Positions 39,855-54,929 of a DNA stretch of 64,000 nucleotides are shown here, in pieces (position 1 is the first letter of the stretch; each line of letters opens with the position of its first letter). The position numbers and the translations under genes were made by a program. This DNA comes from Octopus vulgaris (Eukaryota): assembly GCA_951406725.2 (NCBI GenBank), contig OX597821.1, forward strand, positions 107,322,001-107,386,000, written 5' to 3'. The notes beneath the pieces were generated by a model. That model had not been told where the DNA came from. It ran no database searches and saw nothing but the letters and a program-made list of their open reading frames with translations.

Positions 39855-40803
39855 TAATACATAAAAAGTCATCTTGAACCTTTCTTGCTTGCAATGTTAC
39901 CCAACCAAACTGGCGCATAATGTGAAAATACTATGAATTACATCACCCCTGAAGTGTAAATACGAACAGAACAAAACAAATTTCGCGCAAATTGGATAAA
40001 TGCTTGTGGAGATATTACGGGTTTTCGGGGTGTAAATATCCAAAATGGTGCATAATGGGAAAATTCCCAGAAATTATTTTAATTCTGAAAGGGAAGTAAA
40101 TCATACCTTTAAATTAGATACAGTACCTTGGCAACGAAAAAATACGATTTATTTTTGAGCAGCAAATGTATCTTAATTTCGCTTTTGTAAAAAAACCCAA
40201 TATTTTAATCATATAGAAATATTTTTAAGTGAATATGATTTCAAAAATGTAAGTTGTTTGTCCAATAAGTAATCATATTTTAGGTTTCTTTCAACAGACA
40301 ATATTTTTATGGTTTTCTTTTTAAATCATTTTCAAGTGAATACCGTTACAAAAATGCTTTGGTCATATTTAGAAAATGACTTCAAAATGACTTTTATAAA
40401 TATTTAGAAAATTACTTTAAAATAACTTTAAAATGATATTTAGAAAATGTCTTTAAAAATACGATAGATATTTCGTAAAAGACCCGTTCTTAACCTCAGT
40501 GTGAAATAATTTTTTTGTATAGATTTTTTCGAGTACATTCGACGTATCTCACCATCAAAGATTTAGCTACTACTTCTAGCACGCCCAGCTTCTACGTAAC
40601 AGCTATTTGCGATAAAGTATCCGAAATACCTGTTACGTGGTAGCAGAGCGTGCAAGAAATAACAACTATATCTTACCTTTTCTGGGGAAAGAGCCGTTTG
40701 CACATGCGAAATAATCTGGAAAAGAAAAAACCCACGAAACAAAAGTACATTGCTTCCTAAACACGGACTTTCCCAGTGACCTAACACTTCACGGATACTC
40801 TAG
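39855..40803 (+). mobile_element. Possible second, decayed Helitron-like element
   Basis: Ends CCCAGTGA..TCACGG-ATACT-CTAG|T next to (TA)n; has an internal long hairpin at 40574-40658; 5' end uncertain. Confidence 0.4.
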
Positions 40804-41715
40804 TGTATATATATATAAATATATATTTCTTTTAGAATTTATGAGACCAACTGTCTTTGAAAACTCACATTATCGTTGAATGCTCGAAATGAGGAGTAGA
40901 TAGACTGCCGACAACTGATGAAGGGTCTTGTCACTATATTTACTTGTCCTGTTTTCCATTTTCCTCATTGATTACGTATTTAACTCGTTTAAGTATTTCA
41001 TCTTACTTTCACGGTTATATATACATATTTATATATATATATTTAATTTAACGCAACGCATCCATTTCCAAGTAAGTTTATCTTCATCTTTTTGATGCGA
41101 CTCTCTATACTGTTTTCTTCCTCCATCTTTCTCTAATTCCTTTTTTTCTTCGCCTCCCTCCTTCACCGTTTTCTAGCTGTCGCTCTCTCTTCCTCCCCTT
41201 TTTCTCTTTCTCACTTTCTCTCTTTCTCTCTCTCGCTGCTCACACGTGACCATCGTCCATCTTTCTTTTCCTCACATGACCATCTTTCTTTTCCCGCTTG
41301 GACGTTCAAAAGAACGAACGTGCTATTCTCTCTCACTTCTACCTTTTCTATTTAAAAAAAAAAAAAAATTCTCAGCGTTCATTATTTTCCTCTCGTTCTG
41401 GTCTAACGACTCTCCATGTTTGTTTACGCTTTGTTTCTTTGTATGTCTCCACTGTTATCTTACTTTCCCCAAATTTGACCCTCCATAAATCCTAAATTTT
41501 ATTTTAGAATTCATGGGAGCAACTGTCTTTGAAGACTGAGATTGTCGTTTAATGCTCGAAATGAGGAGTAGATAAACAGCCGACAACTGATGAGGCTTCT
41601 TTTTCTGTGTTTACTTGCCCTGTTTTCCATGTTTTTCCCGTTTTTTACCCATTTAACTCGTTTGTTTGCGTATTTCATGTTATTTGAACGGTTGGTTACG
41701 TCATGTACCTATATA

Positions 41716-41780
<65 letters not shown>

Positions 41781-41781
41781 G

Positions 41782-41837
<56 letters not shown>

Positions 41838-42358
41838 TGTATATATATATATGTGTGTGTGTCTATGTGTGTGTATATATTATCGTTCCTAAATCTATCA
41901 ACAACAGTTATTCAGTAGCAATGCTTTAAAGTAACGATTATTTACCAGCCTAATGTGGCAGTCCCGTTTGGGACGAATGCTACTGCTATTTAGCTCCAGG
42001 AGACATCGTCTACAGCTGCCTGTACAACACACGTTCTGTGTCCTTATATTTTGGAATAGATACTGCTTTTTGCTGTGTGGGTGTGCTAAACTAACCGTGT
42101 TCTAAAATATAAAGACAAAGATTTGTGTCGTTTACCCAGCTGGAGACAATGTCTCCTGGGGTTAAACAGTAGTAGCATTCATCCTAATTGGGACTGCCAC
42201 ATTAGATTGCCAAGTAATCTTTACTTTTAAGTACTGCCACAGAATAACTCTGTTTGAGAAATTTAGGATCGATAATGTTTCTGATTATTAGACCAGTGAT
42301 AATTTGATATACTTTCGGACGAGTGTTTAGCAGCGCCATCTCAGCCAAAGAATTATTT

Positions 42359-42401
42359 TGTGCTGATGAAGGGAAATATCCCTGAAACTCTACGGCTCAC
42401 A
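42359..42401 (+). ncRNA. Type I hammerhead motif, cleavage-site U mutated
   Basis: TGTG-CTGATGA-AGGGA(AATA)TCCCT-GAAA-CTCTACGG-CT-CACA. Confidence 0.62.
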
Positions 42402-42544
42402 GATACTGTTTTGCGCCAGGTGGGGCCGCTAAGCTCCCTTGTTCGAAAATGTATGGATACATACAGATGTGTGTCGTATAGCCAGCTAAACACCAATAGC
42501 ATTCGTCCCAAACGGGACTGCCACATTCCGTTGGCAAATAATCG

Positions 42545-42585
<41 letters not shown>

Positions 42586-43163
42586 AATGTGTACTTAGAT
42601 ATAAGAGAACAAGGTGTACGTACGCCGCTATATATATATATATATATATATATGATAAAATACAAAATGGGACAAGAACGCAAAACATCCGGACAACTAA
42701 GTGATACAAAAAGGGACAACAAAACATCCAGATAGACGATACAAAAAAAAAAACAAGGACGGGTCATTCATTTATGGAGCAATCTCAAGATTAATCAGCC
42801 GAAATTGCGAGGATGATCCGGTTCTTGAGTGAAGATAAAAGGCTTCGAATAACCCATCCTTGTTTTTTTTTTTTTTTTTTTTTTGTATCGTCTATCTGGA
42901 TGTTCTGTTTCCCTTTTTGTATCCGGATGTTTTGCGTTCTTGTCCCATTTTGTATGTTATATATATATATATATATATATATATACTTTCGCGTTCTTAT
43001 CGTAACAGTTTAGATCTTAATTATAAAAATATATGAAACCATTATTCTATGTTAATTTAGCTCCTTCTTCAGGTTGTAAACTCCCTTTTCAGATTTAATA
43101 AGATGTTTCAAAATAAATTTATAATGTATACGTGATAACTGTAAATCTAATTTTAGGCCATCC

Positions 43164-43232
<69 letters not shown>

Positions 43233-44095
43233 GCATATATAATACATACATACACAGATAGTTATTATACATTTAACATATGTTTGTGTGTTAAATATAT
43301 ATTAACTATGTTTGTATATGTGTATGTATGTATTATATATGCATGCGCATATATAATCTTAAATAAAAAGCCAAAATTCTTACAAATAGCTACCCTGTTT
43401 TTCCTGGTCGGAATAATAATTGATTCCGCCATTTATCAAACTGAACGCAAAATCGTTTATACAATGGACCCTAATAAAGAAGAAAACAAAAAGCAAACAC
43501 AAGGAAGGTAACTAACGTTACAAGAATTCGATGTAATGCAGATGTAAACGAAATATTCCCAAAAAATTTTTCTTTTGAAATGCGGACATACAGAAAAAAT
43601 CTCGTTCCTCGAGTTTATGTATTTGTTGGAGGTTCTCCAGTGTTTAAATAGATAAAGTTTTTCAAACGAATTTACTGAACATTTTTAGACTCGTTAATAT
43701 GGGGTCTGGATCGAGAGAAGAATTTTTTTTCCATTTGATATCGAAATTGATCCCTTCGTGTTTATGATTGCAGATTATAGACGAAAGTGTTGTTGAATGT
43801 CTCTTGTCATGCTACCTAAAATTCGAAAGATGGTTGTTACTTATCATGAAAATTGTTCGAAAACAATCGTTCGAAAACAATTATTTGAAAACAATTATTC
43901 GAAAAACAGTTATTCGAAATACTATTTGTGTACGTGATTTTAATTTTTTAAATTTTTGTTAAAATAGAATAAAAAATTTAGAATAATTAACATTTGTTAT
44001 AATTGTCTTTTTGAATAATTTTCATTCATACAATTTTCCATCCGAATAAATATTTTTCGAATAATTGTTTTCGAACAATTATTTTCGAACAATAT

Positions 44096-44851
44096 ATTGA
44101 CCCCAGTACGCAACTGCTGCTTAACTTATCGACCCCGAAACGATGAAAAGCAAAGTCGACTTCAGCGGAATTTGAACTCAGAACGTAACGACAGACGAAA
44201 TACGGCTACACATTTCGCCCGGCGTGCTAATGTTTCTGCCAGCTCGCCGTCTTTGTTTGACCCAAATATTCTTTTCTACTCTAGGCACAAGACACGAAAC
44301 TTTTGGGAAGGGGCCAGTCGATTAGATTGACCCCAGTACACAACTGGTGCTTAATTTATCGACCCCGAAAGGATGAAAGGCAAAGTTGACCTCACCGGAA
44401 TTTGAACTCAGAACATAAAGGTAAGCGAAATACCTATTTCTTTACTACCCACAAGGGGCTAAACACGAAGAGGACAAACAAGGAAAGACAAACGGATTAA
44501 GTCGATTATACCGACCCCAGTGTGTAACTAGTATTTATTTAATCGACCCCGAATGGATGAAAGGCAAAATCGACCTCGGCGGAATTTGAACTCAGAACGT
44601 AACAGCAGACGAAATCCCTATTTCTTTATTACCTACAAGGGGCTAAACACAGAGAGGACAAACAAGGACAGACAAACGGATTAAGTCGATTATATCGACC
44701 CCAGTGCGTGACTGGTACTTAATTTATCGACCCCGAAAGGATGAAAGGCAAAGTCAACCTCGGCGGAATTTGAACTCAGAATGAAACGGCAGATGAAATA
44801 TAGCTAAGCATTTCGACCGGCGTGCTAACGTTTCTGCCAGCTCGCCGCCTT
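44096..44851 (-). mobile_element. Head-to-tail array of four SINE family B units
   Basis: Core repeated near 44130, 44360, 44545 and 44730. Confidence 0.85.
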
Positions 44852-44874
44852 GTAAAAAAAAATAATAATAAAAA

Positions 44875-44905
<31 letters not shown>

Positions 44906-45049
44906 AAAAAATACAAATGAAGACAAGTGCGAGCGTAAGAACAACATCAACAACAAAATTATGAAGACAATTAAGCCGGAACTAAATTGATAAACAACGC
45001 CACCATAATTGCAATACTGGGACCATACGAACCACCATCGTAACGAACA

Positions 45050-46750
45050 CCACCACCGCCTACAACAACATCAACATTATCATCACCATCATCATCGTTA
45101 TCATTATCGTCATTGTGAACGTCAGCGTCATCATTACTACCACTAACAACACAATCATCACAACCATCACCACCACCATCATCATTATCGTCACCATCCC
45201 ATCACCACTATCACCATTACCACAAACCCCCGACACCACCTTCACCACAACCAGCTACACCACCAGCCCCACTACCAGTGCCGCCACCACCACCACCACC
45301 ATCATCACCACCACCGCCACCAGCGCCAACACCACCACCATCATCATTATCGTCACCATCTCATCGTCACCACCTCCATCACTACAAAATCCCAACACCA
45401 CCTTCACCATCACCACCACCACCACCACCACCACCACCAATACCGCCACCTTCACCACCATCACCAACACCACCTTCACCACCAACACCACCACCATCTC
45501 TACCACCACCAATTCTACCACCACCACTACCTTCAACACCACCATCACCACCTTCGCCACCACCACCTATACCGCCACCTTCACCACCATCACCAACACC
45601 ACCTTCACCACCAACACCACCACCATCTCTACCACCACCAATTCTACCACCACCACCACCACCACTACCTTCAACACCACCATCACCACCTTCGCCACCA
45701 CCACCTATACCGCCACCTTCACCACCATCACCAACACCACCTTCACCACCAACACCACCACCATCTCTACCACCACCAATTCTACCACCACCACCACCAC
45801 CATCACCTCCTTCACCACGGCCATCTTCACCACCACCACCACCAGCGCCGCCACCCTTACCACCACAACTATCCTCACGATCACCCTGATGACCGCTACC
45901 ACAAAGCAGCGCAACGATAACACTCACAACAACAACAACAACAACAACAAAAACGACGGCCACAGCAGCAACAGCTGCAGTAAGAACAGCGGAAATAACA
46001 AACAATTGCATCATCACCATCAGCAGCAGCATGCAAATTGGAAGGAAGAGGAGGTGGTAGCAGTAGGAGTAGGAGCTGTAATGACAGAGACGGTGTAGTG
46101 CTGGTGGTGATGATGATGATGATGATGATTATGGTGATGGCGTTTGTGGTGATGATGCTGATGCTGATGGTGAAGATGATGATGATAATGGTGGTGGTGG
46201 TGGTGGTGGTAGTGGTGGTGGTGGTGGTAGTGGTGGTAGTGATGGATTTCCTTAATAGCAGCGGTGTCAGTCCAAGTGGTAGTCGAGGGTGGTGGTGGTG
46301 GTGGTGGTGGTGGTTATCGTCGTCGTCGCCATCGACGTCATGGAGCTGTAGCACGAAGCAGTGGAGGCGGCGGAGGCGGGAGGAGCGGCTGGAGCTGGAG
46401 CTGCAAAAGCGGGGGCAACGGCAGCAGTGGTGCTAGTGGTAGCGGTGGTGGTGGTGGTTGTGGTGGTAGTAGTAGTAGTAGTCGAAGAGGTGGTGGTGGT
46501 GGTGGTGGTGGTGGTGGCGGTGGCGGTGGTGGTGGCGGTGGTGGTGGTGGTGGTGGTGGTGATGGTGTGAAGGTGGGGGCGGTTGTTTGGAGTCTGAGTG
46601 GCTCTGGTCGTTTTTATAAGTAGCAGCGGTCGTAAGATTGCAAATGGCGATGGTGGAAGGGAGAGAGTTAATGGACGTCATAAGCGCTAAGATGGCGACG
46701 GCGGAGGAGGAGGAGGCGGTGGAGATGGTGATGGTAATGGTGTCGGTGGC
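45050..46750. repeat. (ACC)n-rich tract followed by a (GGT)n-rich tract
   Basis: Direct reading; internal duplications start at 45442, 45571 and 45709. Confidence 0.92.
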
Positions 46751-46859
46751 GGCTGCTGACAGTCATGCCTGCAATGTTTATCAACACTGCTTGCTACTAA
46801 ACACGAAAAGTACTCACCGGGCATTGGTGCATTACTATTATCGGACCTGATTGCAGCTA

Positions 46860-47515
46860 TTAGCCCGGGTACCGGCGAATTAACAGTACCAGAACCAAAG
46901 TTACCGCGGGTACTGACGGATAAAAGTTATCGTCAGATTACATTAACGGATTAAAGCTACCGGCCGAGTACTGACGTATTAATCTTATCATAACAGTATG
47001 CAGATGGATTAAAGGTGTTGGAACGCATATTGGCGGATTAATAGCGTTTAGACTGTATGCTGGCGGTTGAAGATATTTAACCGGGTACCAGAGGATTAAC
47101 GGATTCGGATCCAAGCATTGGAAGTTAAAAAGTATGAAACCGGGTGCTTACGGATTAATCAGGGCAGAACCAGGTACGTGCAAATTAATAGTATCAGATT
47201 AAGAATAGAATTATCTGATTAATACTATCAGATTAAGAATAAAATTATCTGATTAATACTATCAGATTAAGAATAAAAGTATGTGATTAATACTATGAGA
47301 TTAAGATTATCGCGGATATTGGCGGATTAATCATAGCAAAACCAATTAATGGCTGTTTAACGTAGGTTATGGCAACCGTATATTAGCGGATTAAAATTAT
47401 TGGCCAGAGGTAACGGATTAAGCCGTATGAAACGTGTAAAAGGTCGGTTAACGATATCAGGTATGAAATCGGGCGTATTTCTGGTAGTGGGATCTTGTTT
47501 TAGGGGGATTAAGGG
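46860..47515. repeat. Diverged 28-30-bp repeat rich in GGATTAA, with an internal 34-bp triplication
   Basis: Motif phase at 46948, 46976, 47006, 47035, 47065, 47093, 47123, 47152, 47182; 34-bp unit at about 47184-47305. Confidence 0.75.
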
Positions 47516-47663
47516 CTATTAAACAGATGATAATGCGTGCAAGTTTTTGCCCTTCAAACAGACATTGTTGAATAGTTTACAGAAGTAAATAACAAAATAA
47601 GTTTGTACATTATTTACATTATTTACATTTGACGGGTATTTATCATCATCTTGTTTGTTATTA

Positions 47664-47707
47664 ACACAACGTTTCAGCTAATATACCCTCCAGCCTTCAT
47701 CAGGTGT
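47664..47707 (-). ncRNA. Minimal type I hammerhead ribozyme motif, intact core
   Basis: Minus strand: ACAC-CTGATGA-A-GGCTG..TAGCT-GAAA-CG-TT-GTGT. The same family occurs split across both strands at 22275-22355. Confidence 0.75.
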
Positions 47708-47904
47708 CTTGGGGAAATTTCGAACCTGGGTTCTCATTCCTAAGGTATTTTTCGATGTTATTATTATTATTCAGGTCATTGCCTAGAATCGAACTCCGAA
47801 TCTTGGGGTTAGTAGCCCGCGATCTTAACCACTACGCCATATGCTAGTGGACAATTGTGGAGTGAATTTTATAGAACTGTATAATAAGTGTTATATCTTT
47901 AAAC

Positions 47905-48132
47905 TTTTACTTGTTTCAGTCAATAGGCTGCGGCCATGCTGGGGCACCCCGGAGAGGAAATTTTAGTTGAATGTTTTTTAATTAATATTTTTTTTTCTTT
48001 TGTTACGCTGGTAATTATTCTCTCAGTCTTTTTTGTCGAACCGCTATGTTACGGTGTTGCGGACGTAAGCACATCAACAAGTGGAAGGAACAAAGACACA
48101 ATCACACATACACACATACACACACACACACT

Positions 48133-48183
<51 letters not shown>

Positions 48184-48455
48184 ACGCACACACAAACATG
48201 AATGTGTATAAACATACATGCATATGTATATGTGTGTATGTTTGTACTGCATGTATGGATATATATACATTATATATAGAAACATACACACATATACATT
48301 GGGCTTCTTACAGTTTCTATCTACCAAATCCACTCTCAAGAGTCTGGTCGGCCCAAGGCTGTAGTAGAAGACACTTACGCAAGGTGCCACGGAGTGGGAC
48401 CGAAACCGGAACCACGTGTTTGGGAAGCCAGCTTCTTACCACACAGCAGCATCTG
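47905..48455 (-). mobile_element. SINE family A, diverged, expanded central (CA)n
   Basis: Head and tail homology to family A. Confidence 0.75.
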
Positions 48456-48534
48456 CACGTAAACAACATGTACAACATTGTAATAGACAACAATAACAAG
48501 ACCAACAATCGTAGATGTAATTAAGTTAATAAGA

Positions 48535-50789
<2,255 letters not shown>

Positions 50790-51290
50790 TGGAAGTGTTA
50801 TCATGTACATTGTTTTGTCTTGGTATAAAAGATGGGCTACAGCAAATATTCTGCTCAATACCACAGATTTGCTTGTCAGTTGTTTGACCTTAACCAGTTG
50901 AGCATGTCCCTTAGTGGCTGACGATATGTGCATCTCTGATCACGAGCAGAAGTAGTGGGGGAGCATCATAGCCATGTGTTGAGAGGGATTCTTTGGAGTT
51001 TGAATGGTTCACCTCTGGAAAAATGGGTGGTTCTTTCAACATCCTTAACAACCCTTATTCAGGGACCGTTTGAGCAGGATGGGCTACTCAACCTGAAGAA
51101 AATTCTAACTGGGCCCCACCTGCAAGGTCATGTGCTGTTTATCTTGATATGAGATCACCATGTCGCGCACATATGGCTGTGATGCATGTGCCTGGTGTAC
51201 CTTTATCAGACGGGTAGTCATGATGGGTATATTGGGCTTCGTATATTTTACCCCAGTGTCACTTTGATGGCATGAACTGCTCTCTCACTC
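50790..51290 (+). mobile_element. Non-coding repeat in (AAT)n; second copy at 55527-55848 (minus)
   Basis: The two copies align over ~320 bp, share the 3' end followed by (AAT)n, and differ in 5' extent. Confidence 0.75.
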
Positions 51291-51315
51291 AATAATAATA
51301 ATAATAATAGTAATA

Positions 51316-52880
51316 AGGCCCCTTGGATTGATAGAATATCTACAGACTTATGCTCCTCAGAGGAGCAAAAGTAGGAGGGCATCAATGTAGAGTATGTAAG
51401 ATCTGCCCTCAGGAGGTCAAGCAAATGGAAGTCTCCAGGAAAGGATGAAATTCCTAACTTCTGGTTGAATGACTTACCAGAGAGACATGAACTGCTAAAA
51501 CAAAAAACTTTACAACAATATTTTGCAACACCCTAGTATGATTTCCTCATTGTTAGCTAATGATGTAACATTCCTACTTCTAAAAAACTAAGAAACAAAT
51601 GAACCAAAAAATTATAAACCCATAACCTACTTAAAAGCCTACTTAATGCTAACATCTGTCTTGACTGAATATACCTATAGATTTTTCAATAGAAAGTGGC
51701 ATATTTTCTAATGAGCAAAATTTATGTAAACGTGGATCTTATGGTTGTAAAGATCAATAAGATGATCCTGTTACCCAGTAACAAAACATGCAAAGAAATA
51801 TCTAAGTGAATTCCAAATACAACAAATCCCAAAATTAGACGTACTCGAAACAAGCACAGAAAAAAGCTAAGCGTATGAAAACCCGTGCTAAAAACTCCTA
51901 CTTATCAGGATCCTAGATATATTGATAAATGACAATTAAAAACCAACAGCAAGAGTAGTAACAACACCCTGGCAAATATCCAAAGAGAGCTACTAAATGC
52001 CGATGTTGACAAAGCCCTTACCCATCAATGGCTACTGTCTTCTGGCTTAAAATCAGAAATAGACGGGTTTATTATGGCAGTCCAAGATCAATGCCTACCT
52101 ACAAGGAACTGTCAGGCCAACATATTAAAGAACGGCAGTAGCTCAACCTGTCGTGTATGTCAATAACAAAATGAAACCATTGATCGTGTTGTCTTCATGT
52201 GCAGTCTTCTTGCGTATACAGAGTATCTCAACAGACATGATAGAGCTGCACAATATATTCAATGGCCAACTTGCTAAACCTGGACCTGCCCCATGATAAA
52301 AACTGGTGGGAACACAAACCACCTCCAGTGCTTGAAAATGATCATGTCTCACTCCTTTGGAACTTCACCGTTCAAACAGACAGAAAGAGAGATGCAATTA
52401 GTCCAGGCATTATATTGAAAGACTTCTGACAAAAATAATGCGTCCTCATTGATATGACTGTCCCAATCGACAGAAATATATCTGTCAGGACCTACCAAAA
52501 GCAGAGCAAGTATATAAATCTTGAAACAGAAATTGGTAAAATGTGGAACCTCAAGACAAAAACAATACCTGTTGTCATAGGTGTCCTAGGGATGAAAGCT
52601 CAGATACCAAGAAAGCCCCAAATGGCAGACATTCAAAAGATAGTGCTCATGGGAACTACCCAACGTAAAATACTGTATTTGTAATCTCAAATTTTAAAAC
52701 AAACTCATAATTTTTTTGTTTTCTTAAATACTCTCTAGAACAATACTTTGTACAAACCAAATATATGGCACTCTAGCATAACATCAACTTGAACTTCTAA
52801 CTTGTTCTCTCATGATGCCTATGGGTGAGACTTGGAGTCAACTTGTACAAATACAAAGCAAAAGCCAAACATATAATGGT
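51316..52880 (+). pseudogene. R4/Dong-type non-LTR retrotransposon relic (RT fragment + CCHC + restriction-like endonuclease), internally deleted
   Basis: Broken frames give KWKSPGKDEIPNFWL, NYKPIT, RGSYGCKDQ, WLLSSGLKSEIDGFIMAVQDQCLPTRN, CRVCQ, EYLNRHDR, WWEHKPPPVLEN, LWNFTVQTDR, IDMTVPID, TIPVVIGVLG, IQKIVLMGT. Flanked on both sides by (AAT)n. Confidence 0.85.
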
Positions 52881-52881
52881 G

Positions 52882-53016
<135 letters not shown>

Positions 53017-53184
53017 GCAGTGCTTTTTACCGCTATCAACGCTACGATAGTAATATTGTAGTACTAACGCCACTAGAATGGCTATAGTGCAGCGCTGTTC
53101 TACTGCTACTATAAAAACCCCCGTAAAGAACTTTCGCTGTTAAAACAAGATTAGTGTCAATACCACTATAGTAACACTATTACG

Positions 53185-54300
53185 TGACACATGATATGAC
53201 AAGGCTGTTCTTTTTGAATTACAGGGATAACCCCTTTTTGCCAACTGAGTGGACCGGAGCAATGCGAAATAAAGTGTCCTGCTCAAGGACAACGCGCTGC
53301 GAGGTTTCGAACACACAACCTTAAGATCGTCAGCCGAATGCCGAAACCATTAAGCCACGCACCTTCATATCTGTATATGTATTTATCTATAAATGACTAC
53401 AGAGATATTGAAAGGTGTAAGAAATATGATGAGGGAGAGAAGACACGAAAGCGCAAATGATGGTTGTTGAATTACTGGAAGAACAAACACAATCACCTCT
53501 GCATTATTCACCAATACAATAGCCGGTGCTCAGTCGGTTATGACGAAGAGGGTCCCAGTTGATCCGTTCACTGGGACAGTTTCCACGTGAAATTAAATTG
53601 CAAGGGGCGGCGCAATACTCCACAGATGCGTGTACCCTTGATGCAGTCCTCTGAGTGTTTCAGCCGGGCACAAAATGTGACAGGGATGGCTCTTTGAAAG
53701 ACAAGTACAACTCACGTATGCCGGCTGAGTGGACTGAGACAACGTGAAAAAATTGCAACTCCGTCGGTTGCGACGATGAGCGTTCCAGTGTATCCGTTCA
53801 CTGAGGCAGTTTCCTCGTGAAATTAAAGTGCAAGGGGCAGGCTCAGTACTCCACAGACGCGTCTACCCTTGATGTAGTCTTCAGAGGGTTTCAGCAGGAC
53901 ACAAAATGTGACAAGGCTGGCCCTTTGAAATACAAATACAACTCACGTATACCGGCTGAGGTGACTGAGGCAACGTGAAACAACTGTCACTCCGTCGGTT
54001 GCGACGACGAGCGCTCCAGTTGATTCGTTCAACTGGAACAGTTTTCTCGTGAAATTAAATTGCAAGTGGCTGAGCACTCCTCAGATAGGTGTACTCTTAA
54101 CTTAGTCCTCAGTGACACAGGATGTGAGAAGGTTGGCCATTTTTGAATTACAGGTACAGCTCATTTTTACGAGATGAGTGGACTGGAGCAACTTGAAATA
54201 AAGAGTCTTGTTCAAGGACGAAACGCGTCGTCAGGAATCGAACTAGCGACTTTACGATCGTAAATCGGTTATAGTAGCCACTATTTCTGGTGCCTTCACA
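53185..54300 (-). mobile_element. SINE C/D-type fragments including three tandem ~230-bp units
   Basis: CTCCGTCGGTTGCGACGA..GTGAAATTAAA..GTGGACTG recurs near 53530, 53760 and 53990. Confidence 0.75.
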
Positions 54301-54498
54301 CCACTACAATAATTGTACTGGAGCACTATGAGCCCTACAATAAGTTATACAATAAGACGGTACTATCAATACTATAATAGTAATCCTTTCTCATTTTAGC
54401 ATGAGGCCAGCAATTTTCGGGGGCAGGGGCCAAGTCGGTAATATTGACCCCAGTATTTGACTGGTATTTTATTATTTTCCCCCAGTGCTAGATTGGTT

Positions 54499-54703
54499 AC
54501 TCTCTTTTACTCTCTTTTATTTGTTTCAGTCATTTGACTGCGGCCATGCTGGAGCACCGCCTTTAGTCGAGCAAATCGACTCCGGGAATTATTCTTTGTA
54601 AGCCCAGTACTTATTCTATCGGTCTGTTTTGCCGAACCGCTAAGTGACAGGGACGTAAACACACCAGCATCGGTTGTCAAGCAATGCTAGGGGGATAAAC
54701 ACA

Positions 54704-54759
<56 letters not shown>

Positions 54760-54922
54760 CGACGGGCTTCTTTCAGTTTCCGTCTACCAAATCCACTCAC
54801 AAGGCATTGATCGGCCCGGGGCTATAGCAGAAGACACTTGACCAAGATGCCACGCAGTGGGACTGAACCCGGAACCATGTGGCTGGTAAGCAAGCTACTT
54901 ACCACACAGCCACTCCTCCGCC
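54499..54922 (-). mobile_element. SINE family A, full length
   Basis: Complete head (GGTTCAGTCCC B-box) to (GAGTAAAA)n tail on the minus strand. Confidence 0.87.
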
Positions 54923-54929
54923 TGTTTAT

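Noticed and set aside
45115-46098. 327-aa Thr-rich mucin-like ORF
   Set aside because: Trinucleotide low-complexity DNA open in several frames on both strands; no signal peptide or splice support seen.
46860-47515. Repeat-spacer pattern resembling CRISPR
   Set aside because: Repeats are degenerate and linkers are only ~12 nt; eukaryotic context.
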